A program made the position numbers and the translations under genes. Below the pieces are notes generated by a model, which did no database searches, was not told where the DNA came from, and saw nothing but the letters and a program-made list of their open reading frames with translations. 49,507 nt of DNA, taken from contig JAOZFL010000117.1 of the NCBI GenBank assembly GCA_027491455.1, positions 1 through 49,507 of the forward strand, written 5' to 3'. Below, one piece after another: positions 1-8,964 of the stretch (its first letter is position 1; each line of letters opens with the position of its first letter). The DNA comes from Thermoproteota archaeon. GTDB lineage: Archaea > Korarchaeota > JAOZGF01 > JAOZFZ01.

Positions 1-527
1 TCCCATTGGGCGGCGCTGCAAAGCCTTAACCTGAAAAAGTTAAGGAGCGTTCTTGCGTTCATGGTTATGAAAACACGGGTTTTGGCTGCACTTGGAATGA
101 TGTATCTAGCATCCTCAAGCGGTATACCCAGAGATATTAACTTGCTGTAGGCCTTAACAGTTTTTTGGACAGCTTCATTAAATGTTTTTAAAGCTTCTTC
201 GTTCCCTTTTATTGAATCTGGCACAACAAATTCTTCTCTCTCTACTCTTACATGTCTTTGGCTTTGCTGTGTATAGGAGGCTATCCTGTGTCTGACAAGT
301 TGATGTGAGGTAACCCTTGAGATTCCCTCGACGAGAAAGGTGAAATTTGCATGCTCAAAGGGGGAAAGATGTCCCTTTTTGTAGAGCTTCCTTATAAGTT
401 TTTTGGTTCTCTCCTTTGTGAGTTCGCACTTCACTTCATCAACACCTTTTGATGTCCAACCCTGCCTAGCTGCTAATGAAACTATGAAGTCAGGGTTTTC
501 TGTGTAATACAAAAGCTTAACAATCAT
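1..527 (-). CDS. thyX: Flavin-dependent thymidylate synthase ThyX (N-terminal part; the C-terminus runs off the left edge)
   Basis: My own reverse-strand translation starts at the ATG at 527: MIVKLLYYTENPDFIV...HQLVRHRIASYTQQSQRH...MNARTLLNFFRLRLCSAAQWE. It contains the ThyX RHRxxSxxxxSxR signature. It is absent from the ORF track because there is no stop codon inside the window. Confidence 0.85.
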   Translation of the reverse strand, partial: MIVKLLYYTENPDFIVSLAARQGWTSKGVDEVKCELTKERTKKLIRKLYKKGHLSPFEHANFTFLVEGISRVTSHQLVRHRIASYTQQSQRHVRVEREEFVVPDSIKGNEEALKTFNEAVQKTVKAYSKLISLGIPLEDARYIIPSAAKTRVFITMNARTLLNFFRLRLCSAAQW

Positions 528-602
528 TCCCTTACCCCTCTAAAATGGAAGAGAACAAATATCCCTTTCTGAGGAGAGACTTTAAAATTTAACGTTCAGA
601 TT

Positions 603-1661
603 TCAACTAAGGACGTTGACTGCTTTCCCTGTTTCAAGGGACTTAAACATGGCCTCTATGACTCTTAATGATTTCTCAGCCTCCTTCGCTGTGACAGGGG
701 GCCTCCTTCCCTCCACAACTGATGTGACAAAGTCCTTTATCAAGGGTTCATGGAAGGCTAAGTATCCCTTCATATACTCTCCTCTAAAAAGGGAAAGAGT
801 TGCCTTGAAGAGTTTTAAAAAGCCACTTTTAAACTCTTCAATAGGGGTTAAATGTGAATGGGTGATCCTGTAAAAGTTATTTCTAAAATCTATGTTCACG
901 GCTCCAGCGGTTCCTATGACATCCATTTCATGGTAAAAGGCCCCTGTAACCAGTGAAGCCTCTAAGGTCCCTACAGCTTTCTTCTTGGTTTTCAAGGTGC
1001 ACGCAACATAGGTTTCCATTTCCAGTCCCTCTATGTATCTCCCACCCACGGCATGAACTATGCTTATTTCATCTATGAACCAGTTTACTATATCCACTAA
1101 ATGTATAACAGTGTTGTAGAGTAATCCTCCTCCTTTCCTAGGGTTAAACTGCCATAAACTGTAGCTCCAAGAACCTGGAATCGCCTGAAAAAGCTGAACA
1201 TTAAAACAAACGATTTCCCCAATGTTTCCAGCTTCAACTTTTCCTTTAGCTTCTCTAACAGCTGGTATGTATCTATGGTTCTGTACGACGCCTACAATGA
1301 CCCCTTCGCTCTCAGCTGATTTGGATATCTTTGTACAAGAAGATGAACTAAGAGTTAAGGGTTTTTCTGATAAGACATTAGTTCCTCTCTCTATTGAGTC
1401 TAATATTATCCTTTCATGAGTATGGGGGGGTGTGGCGACGTCTACGATGTCCAAGTTCTCCTTCTCTAACATGTCTAAATAGTTCTTGTAGGTTTTTGCT
1501 CCAATAACCATTTCTTTGGCTTTCTTCAAAGCTTTTTCATCGAAGTCGCAGAGGGCAACTACATTTACTCTTGGGTCGCTTAGCCATGAAGGTATATGAG
1601 CCCTTCTAGAAACCAGTCCACAGCCTACAATTCCCACCTTCAACTTGTCCAAAGTCTTCAC
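603..1661 (-). CDS. Gfo/Idh/MocA-family NAD(P)-dependent oxidoreductase
   Basis: 352 aa ORF. The N-terminal Rossmann motif KVGIVGCGLVSRRAHIPSW and the EKPL motif are typical of the family. Confidence 0.75.
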   Translation of the reverse strand: MKTLDKLKVGIVGCGLVSRRAHIPSWLSDPRVNVVALCDFDEKALKKAKEMVIGAKTYKNYLDMLEKENLDIVDVATPPHTHERIILDSIERGTNVLSEKPLTLSSSSCTKISKSAESEGVIVGVVQNHRYIPAVREAKGKVEAGNIGEIVCFNVQLFQAIPGSWSYSLWQFNPRKGGGLLYNTVIHLVDIVNWFIDEISIVHAVGGRYIEGLEMETYVACTLKTKKKAVGTLEASLVTGAFYHEMDVIGTAGAVNIDFRNNFYRITHSHLTPIEEFKSGFLKLFKATLSLFRGEYMKGYLAFHEPLIKDFVTSVVEGRRPPVTAKEAEKSLRVIEAMFKSLETGKAVNVLS

Positions 1662-1752
1662 CGAAATAATTTAAATCCTTTAGTTTACAATGAATTTAAA
1701 TTTTGGTTACAGCTAAAAATAATACTTTTGTTGAAAAAGGAGAAAAGGGTAA

Positions 1753-2658
1753 ATGTGGGAGGGGTCTTCAAAAGTTGCCATTGTAAGGGTTCAGAGAAGA
1801 GAAACTAATGAAATAGAGGAAGCTATTCGTAAACTGGTTAACTTGACAGGGGGTCTGGACATAGATAGAAGGGACAAAGTTGTCGTGAAAATTAACGTGA
1901 ACAGTTTAAGGACCGAAGACACGGGATCGGTGACAGATAAAAAAGTTTTAGAAGCCCTTTTAATCTATTTAATGAGCAATCATAGAGATCTGAACATATC
2001 AGTAGTTGAGGGAAGTGCAACTGGGACAAATGCAGAGCTTTACACTAAATGGCTGGGTTATCTTGAAATTATCGGGAAATACAGAGCTAGATTCATTGAT
2101 TTAACAAAGGACCATGTGATAAAGAAAACTATTAATGGTTTAAGGTTCAAAGAGATCAATGTTCCTAGGACAATAAACGAAGCTAACTTCTTCATCTCTC
2201 TAGCTAAGCTCAAAACTCATCTGTTAACTAAGATAACTTGCACGTTAAAGAATCAGTTCGGCGCATTGCCATACAAGTGGAAAATTAGATTTCACAATAA
2301 ACTCGATGAAGCCATAGTCGATGCAAACATTGCCATGAAACCAGATTACTCAATAGTTGATGGAATAATCGCGATGCAAACTGAGAGAGGCCCAACTTAC
2401 GGTGAACCGGTGAGATTAAATCTACTGATAGGAGGTAAGGACCCTGTTTCCGTGGATGCAACATGTGCAAGGATAATGGGCTTTAATCCTTACTTTATAG
2501 GTCATATTAGAAAGGCTTCCTCAAAGAGAATAGGGAATATGAACCCTATTGTCGTGGGTGAAAAGTTAAAAGATGTGAAATCAAAGTTTAAGTTTAGCTA
2601 CTTGGTTTCAACAGCTTATAGAGCAGCTTATTTCTTTAGGAAGCAGCAGGAATACTAA
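1753..2658 (+). CDS. DUF362 domain-containing protein
   Basis: 301 aa ORF. It has a KVVVKINVN segment and a SLAKLKTHLLTKITCTLKNQFG segment resembling the DUF362 core. The function is unknown. Confidence 0.6.
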   Translation: MWEGSSKVAIVRVQRRETNEIEEAIRKLVNLTGGLDIDRRDKVVVKINVNSLRTEDTGSVTDKKVLEALLIYLMSNHRDLNISVVEGSATGTNAELYTKWLGYLEIIGKYRARFIDLTKDHVIKKTINGLRFKEINVPRTINEANFFISLAKLKTHLLTKITCTLKNQFGALPYKWKIRFHNKLDEAIVDANIAMKPDYSIVDGIIAMQTERGPTYGEPVRLNLLIGGKDPVSVDATCARIMGFNPYFIGHIRKASSKRIGNMNPIVVGEKLKDVKSKFKFSYLVSTAYRAAYFFRKQQEY

Positions 2659-2867
2659 AGAATCTATTGCAAGCGATTTAAATGGGCTGAATTAAAACAT
2701 CCTCTGGTCAACCTATAACAAAAAGTAATCATCACCCAAATCTCCAATTTCATGTACACCCCCAAAAATCAATGAGAAATCCAGTAAAAAACGGGAATAA
2801 ACCAAAAACCAGAAAAATTTATAAAGGGCAAGCATAGACTATAAATAGGAATTGTAGGTGAACATAT

Positions 2868-3074
2868 ATGGCAGAGTTACCCCTAGCTCCATTAGATAGA
2901 ATAATGAGGAAGGCTGGGGCTTTAAGGGTTAGTGAAGCGGCAAAAACCGCTTTAAGGGATGCAATAGAAGACTATGCTGAGAAACTGAGCAGAAGAGCAG
3001 CTGAAATAGCTAAACACGCTGGCAGAAAAACAGTTCTAGAGGATGACATTAAACTAGCAGCTAAGGGTGTTTAA
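2868..3074 (+). CDS. Archaeal histone (HMf family)
   Basis: 68 aa. MAELPLAPLDRIMRKAGALRVSEAAKTALRDAIEDYAEKLSRRAAEIAKHAGRKTVLEDDIKLA is a canonical archaeal histone fold. A GGTGA Shine-Dalgarno-like site lies upstream, and TATA-like TTTATAAA lies at 2818-2825. Confidence 0.9.
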   Translation: MAELPLAPLDRIMRKAGALRVSEAAKTALRDAIEDYAEKLSRRAAEIAKHAGRKTVLEDDIKLAAKGV

Positions 3075-3098
3075 ACCAGCTCCAGCCCCTCATCCCCC

Positions 3099-3110
3099 TT
3101 CCTTTTTTTA
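3099..3110 (+). terminator. Oligo-T tract downstream of the histone gene (candidate archaeal terminator)
   Basis: A T7 run at 3103-3109 lies about 30 nt after the histone stop codon. Archaeal RNAP terminates at oligo-T tracts. Confidence 0.35.
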
Positions 3111-3264
3111 TCCAAGCTAACTCTTGAGAGGTTACTTGGATATTTGATCTAAAAGAAAAGTTTAGTATGGAAAAAGGAATAAATAATCCATAATCACTAA
3201 AACTTAAAAGCAGTTCCCTCACAACCAAATGTAAGGAATGAAGAATCAGTGAATAGATAAACAA

Positions 3265-3358
3265 GCCCGAGTGGTGTAGCCCGGCCTAGCATGCGGGCCT
3301 GTCGCTGCATGCTTTCAATAGAGAGCCCGCGACGGGGGTTCAAATCCCCCCTCGGGCG
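3265..3358 (+). tRNA. tRNA-Asp(GTC) with one canonical 37/38 intron (19 nt)
   Basis: Acceptor stem GCCCGAG/CTCGGGC with discriminator G. Anticodon stem CGGGC/GCCCG with loop CTGTCG|intron|A. T-arm GGGGG TTCAAAT CCCCC. The central BHB helix CUGU/AUAG is flanked by 3-nt bulges. Confidence 0.9.
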
Positions 3359-3380
3359 TTTTTAACATGAATCTATTTCT

Positions 3381-3965
3381 CTATGTTGATGCATAAGCTC
3401 TTCTTTCAAGTTCCTCCTTTTTTTTGATCGCTGGGCTATTTGACGGATCGTTATTGGCTGTGGCTATTAATATGTCAGCAAGTATTTCCTCCAGGTTCTT
3501 TACATTGTTAAAAGAGGCGATTTTCACTGATTCAGCTATGTACCTTAAAGCCAAATCTACTCTCCTTAACGGTGCACAGTCCACTGCTTTATGATATATT
3601 ATCCCTCCGTACATTATCGCTGTGACCTCTTCCCTTGGAGCCGCATTTTCTACTGCTCTAACAAGGATTTCAATGGGATTTTTCCCTGTCTTTAGGTGAA
3701 TTATCTCAAACGCTCTCTTAACTATATTTATCGCTCTGTGCTTCTTTCCTGTTCCTCTTCCTGTTCTCATGAGTTTATTTACAAGTCTTTCAACTATTGT
3801 CGTTTCAGCTTTAGCAAATCTTTTAGATGCGTGTCTACCTGAGGTGTGAGGTATATAGACAGGTTTCAAAGATATCACATTTTTTAAGCCTGGGTCTTTG
3901 ATCTCTATTCTATTGAAGCCCCATTTTCCAAACAATTTTATGTCTGTCATTCTTATCACTTTCAT
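3381..3965 (-). CDS. rps7: 30S ribosomal protein S7 (uS7)
   Basis: 194 aa with uS7-like sequence. It lies immediately downstream of rps12 with a 4-nt overlap, which is the conserved order. Confidence 0.95.
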   Translation of the reverse strand: MKVIRMTDIKLFGKWGFNRIEIKDPGLKNVISLKPVYIPHTSGRHASKRFAKAETTIVERLVNKLMRTGRGTGKKHRAINIVKRAFEIIHLKTGKNPIEILVRAVENAAPREEVTAIMYGGIIYHKAVDCAPLRRVDLALRYIAESVKIASFNNVKNLEEILADILIATANNDPSNSPAIKKKEELERRAYAST

Positions 3966-4399
3966 CTAAGCGGCTTCTCCTTTTTACCTAGCCACAGAGC
4001 CTTGAGAGAAACCCCGTTTACCTTTGTAACCCTCCACCTGACAGTTGGTATATCTCCGAAGGATCTTCCTTTGCTTCCCCCTATTCCTTCAACCTCTACC
4101 TCGTCGTGTTCTTCTATGAAGTTCAGTCCGCCGTCAAGCGGTACATAAGCTGTTATTATCTTCCCGTTTTTTATCAGTTGAATCTTTACGCATTTCCTTA
4201 TCCCTGAGTGTGGTTGCTTAACCTCTAGCCCAACTTTTTCTAGGACTATTCCTCTGGCTTGAGGTGCTCCCTCTAAAGGGTCCTTTTTCTCCCTTAGTTT
4301 AAGCACTCTTCTCTTGTACTTTGTGCTTTTCCATCTAAATTTTTTTCTATGCTTCAGAAGCTGCCTTGCTCCATATATCCCTTTAGGCGTTAAACCCAT
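3962..4399 (-). CDS. rps12: 30S ribosomal protein S12 (uS12)
   Basis: 145 aa. The sequence ...[37 protein letters not shown]... is typical of archaeal S12. Confidence 0.95.
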   Translation of the reverse strand: MGLTPKGIYGARQLLKHRKKFRWKSTKYKRRVLKLREKKDPLEGAPQARGIVLEKVGLEVKQPHSGIRKCVKIQLIKNGKIITAYVPLDGGLNFIEEHDEVEVEGIGGSKGRSFGDIPTVRWRVTKVNGVSLKALWLGKKEKPLR

Positions 4400-4418
4400 G
4401 ATAACTTCACCGTCTATT

Positions 4419-4844
4419 TTAAACTATTTTTATCTTTTTAACCCCGAAGTATCTATATAGTAATAATCGGACTTTCTTAATTTTCTTTCCCTTCTTCCCT
4501 ATTGCCACACCCTTATCTTCATATTCTACTTCTATGACTGCTGACTTGTTTTGGTTAAATGTTTTTACGCTTAGCACTCTTGCAGGTGAAAGTAATCCCT
4601 TTACGAATTCTTCTATGTCCTCGGAGTATTCATTTATTTCTAAATCTGTGTTTAGGATTTTTTTTAGTTTCTTTATCACTGAACTCCTTATTTTAGCTGT
4701 TTCTCCTTTGGAGACAATTACTATCTCTCTTCTAAATTCTTCATCTCTTATACAATCTATAACGTTTAAACCGGTGACTGAAGATATTAAACCAGCTTTT
4801 TGCACAGCCTCTGTAGACAGAGATATTTTTTTATGCATTTTCAC
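4419..4844 (-). CDS. nusA: Archaeal NusA-like transcription termination/antitermination protein (KH domains)
   Basis: 141 aa with a [12 protein letters not shown]-like GXXG motif. It sits in the conserved position between rpl30e and rps12. Confidence 0.85.
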   Translation of the reverse strand: MKMHKKISLSTEAVQKAGLISSVTGLNVIDCIRDEEFRREIVIVSKGETAKIRSSVIKKLKKILNTDLEINEYSEDIEEFVKGLLSPARVLSVKTFNQNKSAVIEVEYEDKGVAIGKKGKKIKKVRLLLYRYFGVKKIKIV

Positions 4845-5157
4845 TCTCCTCCTGAGGTTTTGTAAGATTTAAAATGTCTGAGACTCCTGGATCCATTATT
4901 CCAAGAGCTGAGATCACATGTCCTCTCCCGCAAGCAGCTCCTAGATCCATGCTTGTCCCGTTAAAGAGATACACAAGTGTCTTTGTAAGTTTTGCATACC
5001 ACTTAAAGTCCTTTTTGATGCGTTCAGGGCAGTTCTTAGCTATAATTAGCGCCTTAATTTTTCCTCTTTTAAGGTTTTCTAGAGTTTTTTTTGATCCTAT
5101 TACAACTTTACCTGTTTCAATTGCAAGTTTTAAGCTTTCTTTGACCGTTTTAGACAA
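4831..5157 (-). CDS. rpl30e: 50S ribosomal protein L30e
   Basis: The sequence SKTVKESLKLAIETGKVVIGSKKTLENLKRGKIKALIIAKNCP... is typical L30e. I prefer the TTG start at 5157, immediately after the rpoA stop codon. The ORF track extends to a GTG at 5217 that would overlap rpoA by 59 nt. Confidence 0.85.
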   Translation of the reverse strand: MSKTVKESLKLAIETGKVVIGSKKTLENLKRGKIKALIIAKNCPERIKKDFKWYAKLTKTLVYLFNGTSMDLGAACGRGHVISALGIMDPGVSDILNLTKPQEESENA

Positions 5158-5158
5158 T

Positions 5159-8100
5159 TCACTTCGCCTCTCCAGTGTATAGTTCAACGGCTCCTGTGCC
5201 AACTGAAACAGGTACACCTATCATTATCCTTTCAACGACCCCTGGCAGAGTGTCCTCTTCCCCTTGGGCAGCTGCATTGGCAAGTGTTTTAACTGTTACT
5301 TCATAGCCGGCTCTAGCAAGTAAGCTGGCTTTTCTTCCGCTTACACCGTATCTCCCTACTTGTTTTAATTCACCTGAAAAGGTCAGGGTGTCAGCTACCA
5401 GAAGTACATGTCTATCATCGATTACTATTCCCTGTTCCTCCAGAATTGATTTTATTTCCTTTATTATAGCTGATCTAGCTGCTTCTATCCCTAAAACCTC
5501 GTATATTTCATAGATGTTGTTTGTTGTTGTTCTCTTTTTATCCACTCCCTCCATTTTTAGCACTACTCTTAAATTCGATCCCTCTGTTTCTATGACGTAC
5601 TCGTCTTCAATCTTTCTAACTATTGTCTTGATTATTCCCTTTACACCAAAAATTGTGGTGTTCATGAGTTTTATAAACCTTTCCTTGAATTTACGATACG
5701 AATCTATCTTTGATTTAGTCTTTAAGTAGTTTTCCCCTATTTCAGTTTCTCCCTTCATTTTCTTCGAAACAGTCTCAGCTATCTTGTCCATGGATATTTT
5801 CTTCTTCTTGATAATTTCCATGTTTAAACTGATGACTACAGTTTTTTCCATTGGGTCAACGTTTATTTTCTCAGCTATGTCCTCCAACTTAAGTGATTTT
5901 ATTTTCTCAGCTATTTCCTTGGCTTTTTCAACATCGTGCTTTATGTCTCCTTCTAAGTAGATGGTCATTGAAGGGGTACTTGGTTCCTTCTTCATATCTA
6001 ACACTTCTTTGAGCCTTGGAAAACCAATTGTTATGTTTTTCTCTGCCACTCCGGCATAATGGAAGGTTCTAAGTGTCATTTGGGTGCTTGGTTCACCTAT
6101 TGACTGGGCAGTAATAACCCCTATTGGTTCAAATGGATGAATCTTGGCTTGGATCCATCTCTTTCTGATCTCGTCTAGAATCTCCTCCATTTTGCCCTTA
6201 TCTATGTTGTGTTCTTTGAATAGATTTATTATTTCCTTTCTAAGCTTCTCTGGAAGATCTCTGAGTTTCTTTTCCACTAATTCTCTTTTCTTGTTGTTAT
6301 TTAATTTTCTCCCTGCGGATTTAGAAATTCTTTCAAGTTTATGTTTAAATTCATCGATGTTAATTATTTCTCCATGATATGTTTTTGTGATATCTGCCCC
6401 ATCATCTCCAAAGGAAAAAGATATTATTTCTCCAGCTGAATTCCTCACGGTTCCGTCATTTTCAACTCTCAGATCCTGAAGAGCAAATATAAGTCTCCTC
6501 TGAAGATACCCACTGTCAGCTGTCCTTATAGCCTTGTCAACCAAGCTTTCCCTTCCAGCCATAGCGTGGAAGAAAAGCTCAGTTGGCATTAAACCATCTT
6601 TGTAGCTGGATTCAACAAATCCTCTGCTTTTAGCCCCTCTGTCTCCTCTTCTAAAGTGAGGAAGCGGTCTATCTATGTAACCATATGAAATTCTTCTACC
6701 CCTTATCGACTGTTGCCCTACACTTCCAGCCATTTGACCAATGTTTATCGAGCTACCCTTAGCCTTTGTCTGCGTCATTGTCACAATGGAGTTCTCAAGG
6801 CTTAAACTCTTTGAAACTTCATTCCCTATCCTTTCTCTTATCTCTGACAATGCTCTTAAAATAAATATTTCAAGGGTTTCCTCCTTAGTTAACCCCGGCT
6901 CTGCCTGGAGTTCTTTCCTGTTAAATTTGTCTATTAAATCTTGGATTTTTCTCTCTCCATCAGCGATTATGGCTTTTATCCTTGTTTTTACTTCTCCAGG
7001 AAGGTCTTCTTCGTCTAAGCCGAGAGTAAACCCCTTCATCGTTATATACCTTAGAAGAAGCCTTGAAAGCTTATTTAAAAAGGTTGCAGCTGTTTTCCCG
7101 CCATATTTATTGGTTATCACGTCAAGCATAGTTAACTTTTTCTCCACTATAGCCCCGAAAGCATTGTTATCTATAACCCCTGTTAAAAGCTCCCCATCCC
7201 TTATAACCACCGTTGAATCCGTCTTAAGATCTATACCCATTTGTTCTTCTGGGGATTGGTAAACTGATGCTTTAAAGTCGATGTCCAGATCTCTTGGAAG
7301 AATTAAGCTGAAAATCTGTTTGCCTGTCCAAAGCTCTACCGGTTTAAGGATGGCTGGCTCAGGTAATTCATCGTAGTCTACAATTGAAGCTAATAGCTCG
7401 CCAGCTTCTTTTCTATTTAAGAAAGTGTCTTTTTTTGTGAGTAAATAGGCAGCTGAGATGTGATCAAGGATCCCCCCTATTAACGCTCCTCCGAAACGTG
7501 GTGAAATAATGTTTTTCTCAACGAGCATAAGTTCTTCAGCTTCAGCTCTTGAATCAACTGTTTGAAGGGCATGTAGGTTCATTTCATCCCCGTCAAAGTC
7601 GGCATTATATGGTGGACAAACCATCAGGTTTAACCTTAATGTTTTGTAGGGCAAAGTTGCGACTCTATGAGCCATCATTGATATCCTATGGAGGGAGGGT
7701 TGTCTATTAAACAGGACAATGTCTCCGTCCATCAAATATCTTTCAACGACATATCCTGGAGTCACAGCCTCAGCGAAAGCCTCTAAGTCGCTGACAAAGC
7801 GTAGATCAACCTTTGTCCCATCAGGCCTCCTAACATATTTTACCCCTGGGTAGTTATTCGGACCTGCCAGCACAAGTTTTTTCATTTCCTCTATGTTTAT
7901 TTCATTTACCCTTACAGGGACAGTTAATACCTTCGCTATTTCGATGGGTACCCCTACCTCGTTTATGTCAAGCAGAGGATCAGGTGATATAACTGTTCTT
8001 GCAGAGAAATCAACTCTTTTACCTGATAAATTAGACCTAAACCTTCCCTCTTTACCTTCAAGTCTCTGAGCTATCCCTTTAATGGGTCTTTTCGTTCTAT

Positions 8101-8962
8101 GCTTAGCTGAAGGGATCCCTGAAAGGTTATTGTCGAAATAAGTGGCTACATGATACTGCAGAAGGTTCCATGCATCGTCAATTATGTGATGAGGGGCGCC
8201 AGCGTCTATGTACTCTCTTAACCTGTTATTCACTCTTATTATATCCACTATTTTATGGGTTAAATCGTCCTCTGCTCTTCCCCCTTTCTCTAGGACAATC
8301 GAAGGCCTAACAGGTAAAGGAGGGACAGGTAAATCTGTCAAGATAGTCCATTCAGGACGACTTACTTCAGGGTTGAAACCTAAAAGATATGCATCTTCAT
8401 CAGGTATATTTTCAAGTCTTTCTCTTATCATAGCAGGGTTAAGAGTTACGGGGCCCTTAGGTGTTATTTCCTTATAAAAATAAGGAGGAATAAACTTAAC
8501 CTTATATTGCTGAGCTCCACAGTGTGGACATTTCAATTTATTCATAGTCTTACTCTTTATTTCCTTCAATAATTTCTTTCTTCTCTCTGGCGAAGAGGTT
8601 AATCTCAACTTCTCCAAGTAATTTTCCTTTTCATTTTCGCTTAACATTATCTTAGAGCATTTCCTGCAAATAGTTTTCAAGGTATTACTTATTTTCCTGG
8701 CGAATAAAACATTTATGACTGGTTTAGCTAATTCTATATAGCCAAAATGGCCTGGACATGCATCTATACTCCCACCACATGTTCTACAGAGGTAGTTTGG
8801 CTCTAGGACCCCAAGTCTAGGGTCCATAGCTCCTCCCTCAATTGGTAAACCGTCAGCGTCATATGTCTGGGGCAGGACGATTTTGGCGACAGCCATTTTT
8901 CTGATTTCATTCGGGCTTAAAAGGCTAAGCTTCAAGGCTCTGATGGTTTCTTCTCTAATCAA
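5159..8962 (-). CDS. rpoA: DNA-directed RNA polymerase subunit A, with A' and A'' fused in one 1267 aa ORF
   Basis: The N-terminal zinc motifs (CRTCGG...CPGHFG) and the NADFDGDEMN catalytic motif are A'-type. The C-terminal third (...AQSIGEPSTQMTLRTFHYAGV...) is A''-type. The ORF is continuous across the usual split point, around 6245-6300. Confidence 0.95.
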   Translation of the reverse strand: MIREETIRALKLSLLSPNEIRKMAVAKIVLPQTYDADGLPIEGGAMDPRLGVLEPNYLCRTCGGSIDACPGHFGYIELAKPVINVLFARKISNTLKTICRKCSKIMLSENEKENYLEKLRLTSSPERRKKLLKEIKSKTMNKLKCPHCGAQQYKVKFIPPYFYKEITPKGPVTLNPAMIRERLENIPDEDAYLLGFNPEVSRPEWTILTDLPVPPLPVRPSIVLEKGGRAEDDLTHKIVDIIRVNNRLREYIDAGAPHHIIDDAWNLLQYHVATYFDNNLSGIPSAKHRTKRPIKGIAQRLEGKEGRFRSNLSGKRVDFSARTVISPDPLLDINEVGVPIEIAKVLTVPVRVNEINIEEMKKLVLAGPNNYPGVKYVRRPDGTKVDLRFVSDLEAFAEAVTPGYVVERYLMDGDIVLFNRQPSLHRISMMAHRVATLPYKTLRLNLMVCPPYNADFDGDEMNLHALQTVDSRAEAEELMLVEKNIISPRFGGALIGGILDHISAAYLLTKKDTFLNRKEAGELLASIVDYDELPEPAILKPVELWTGKQIFSLILPRDLDIDFKASVYQSPEEQMGIDLKTDSTVVIRDGELLTGVIDNNAFGAIVEKKLTMLDVITNKYGGKTAATFLNKLSRLLLRYITMKGFTLGLDEEDLPGEVKTRIKAIIADGERKIQDLIDKFNRKELQAEPGLTKEETLEIFILRALSEIRERIGNEVSKSLSLENSIVTMTQTKAKGSSINIGQMAGSVGQQSIRGRRISYGYIDRPLPHFRRGDRGAKSRGFVESSYKDGLMPTELFFHAMAGRESLVDKAIRTADSGYLQRRLIFALQDLRVENDGTVRNSAGEIISFSFGDDGADITKTYHGEIINIDEFKHKLERISKSAGRKLNNNKKRELVEKKLRDLPEKLRKEIINLFKEHNIDKGKMEEILDEIRKRWIQAKIHPFEPIGVITAQSIGEPSTQMTLRTFHYAGVAEKNITIGFPRLKEVLDMKKEPSTPSMTIYLEGDIKHDVEKAKEIAEKIKSLKLEDIAEKINVDPMEKTVVISLNMEIIKKKKISMDKIAETVSKKMKGETEIGENYLKTKSKIDSYRKFKERFIKLMNTTIFGVKGIIKTIVRKIEDEYVIETEGSNLRVVLKMEGVDKKRTTTNNIYEIYEVLGIEAARSAIIKEIKSILEEQGIVIDDRHVLLVADTLTFSGELKQVGRYGVSGRKASLLARAGYEVTVKTLANAAAQGEEDTLPGVVERIMIGVPVSVGTGAVELYTGEAK

Positions 8963-8964
8963 AT

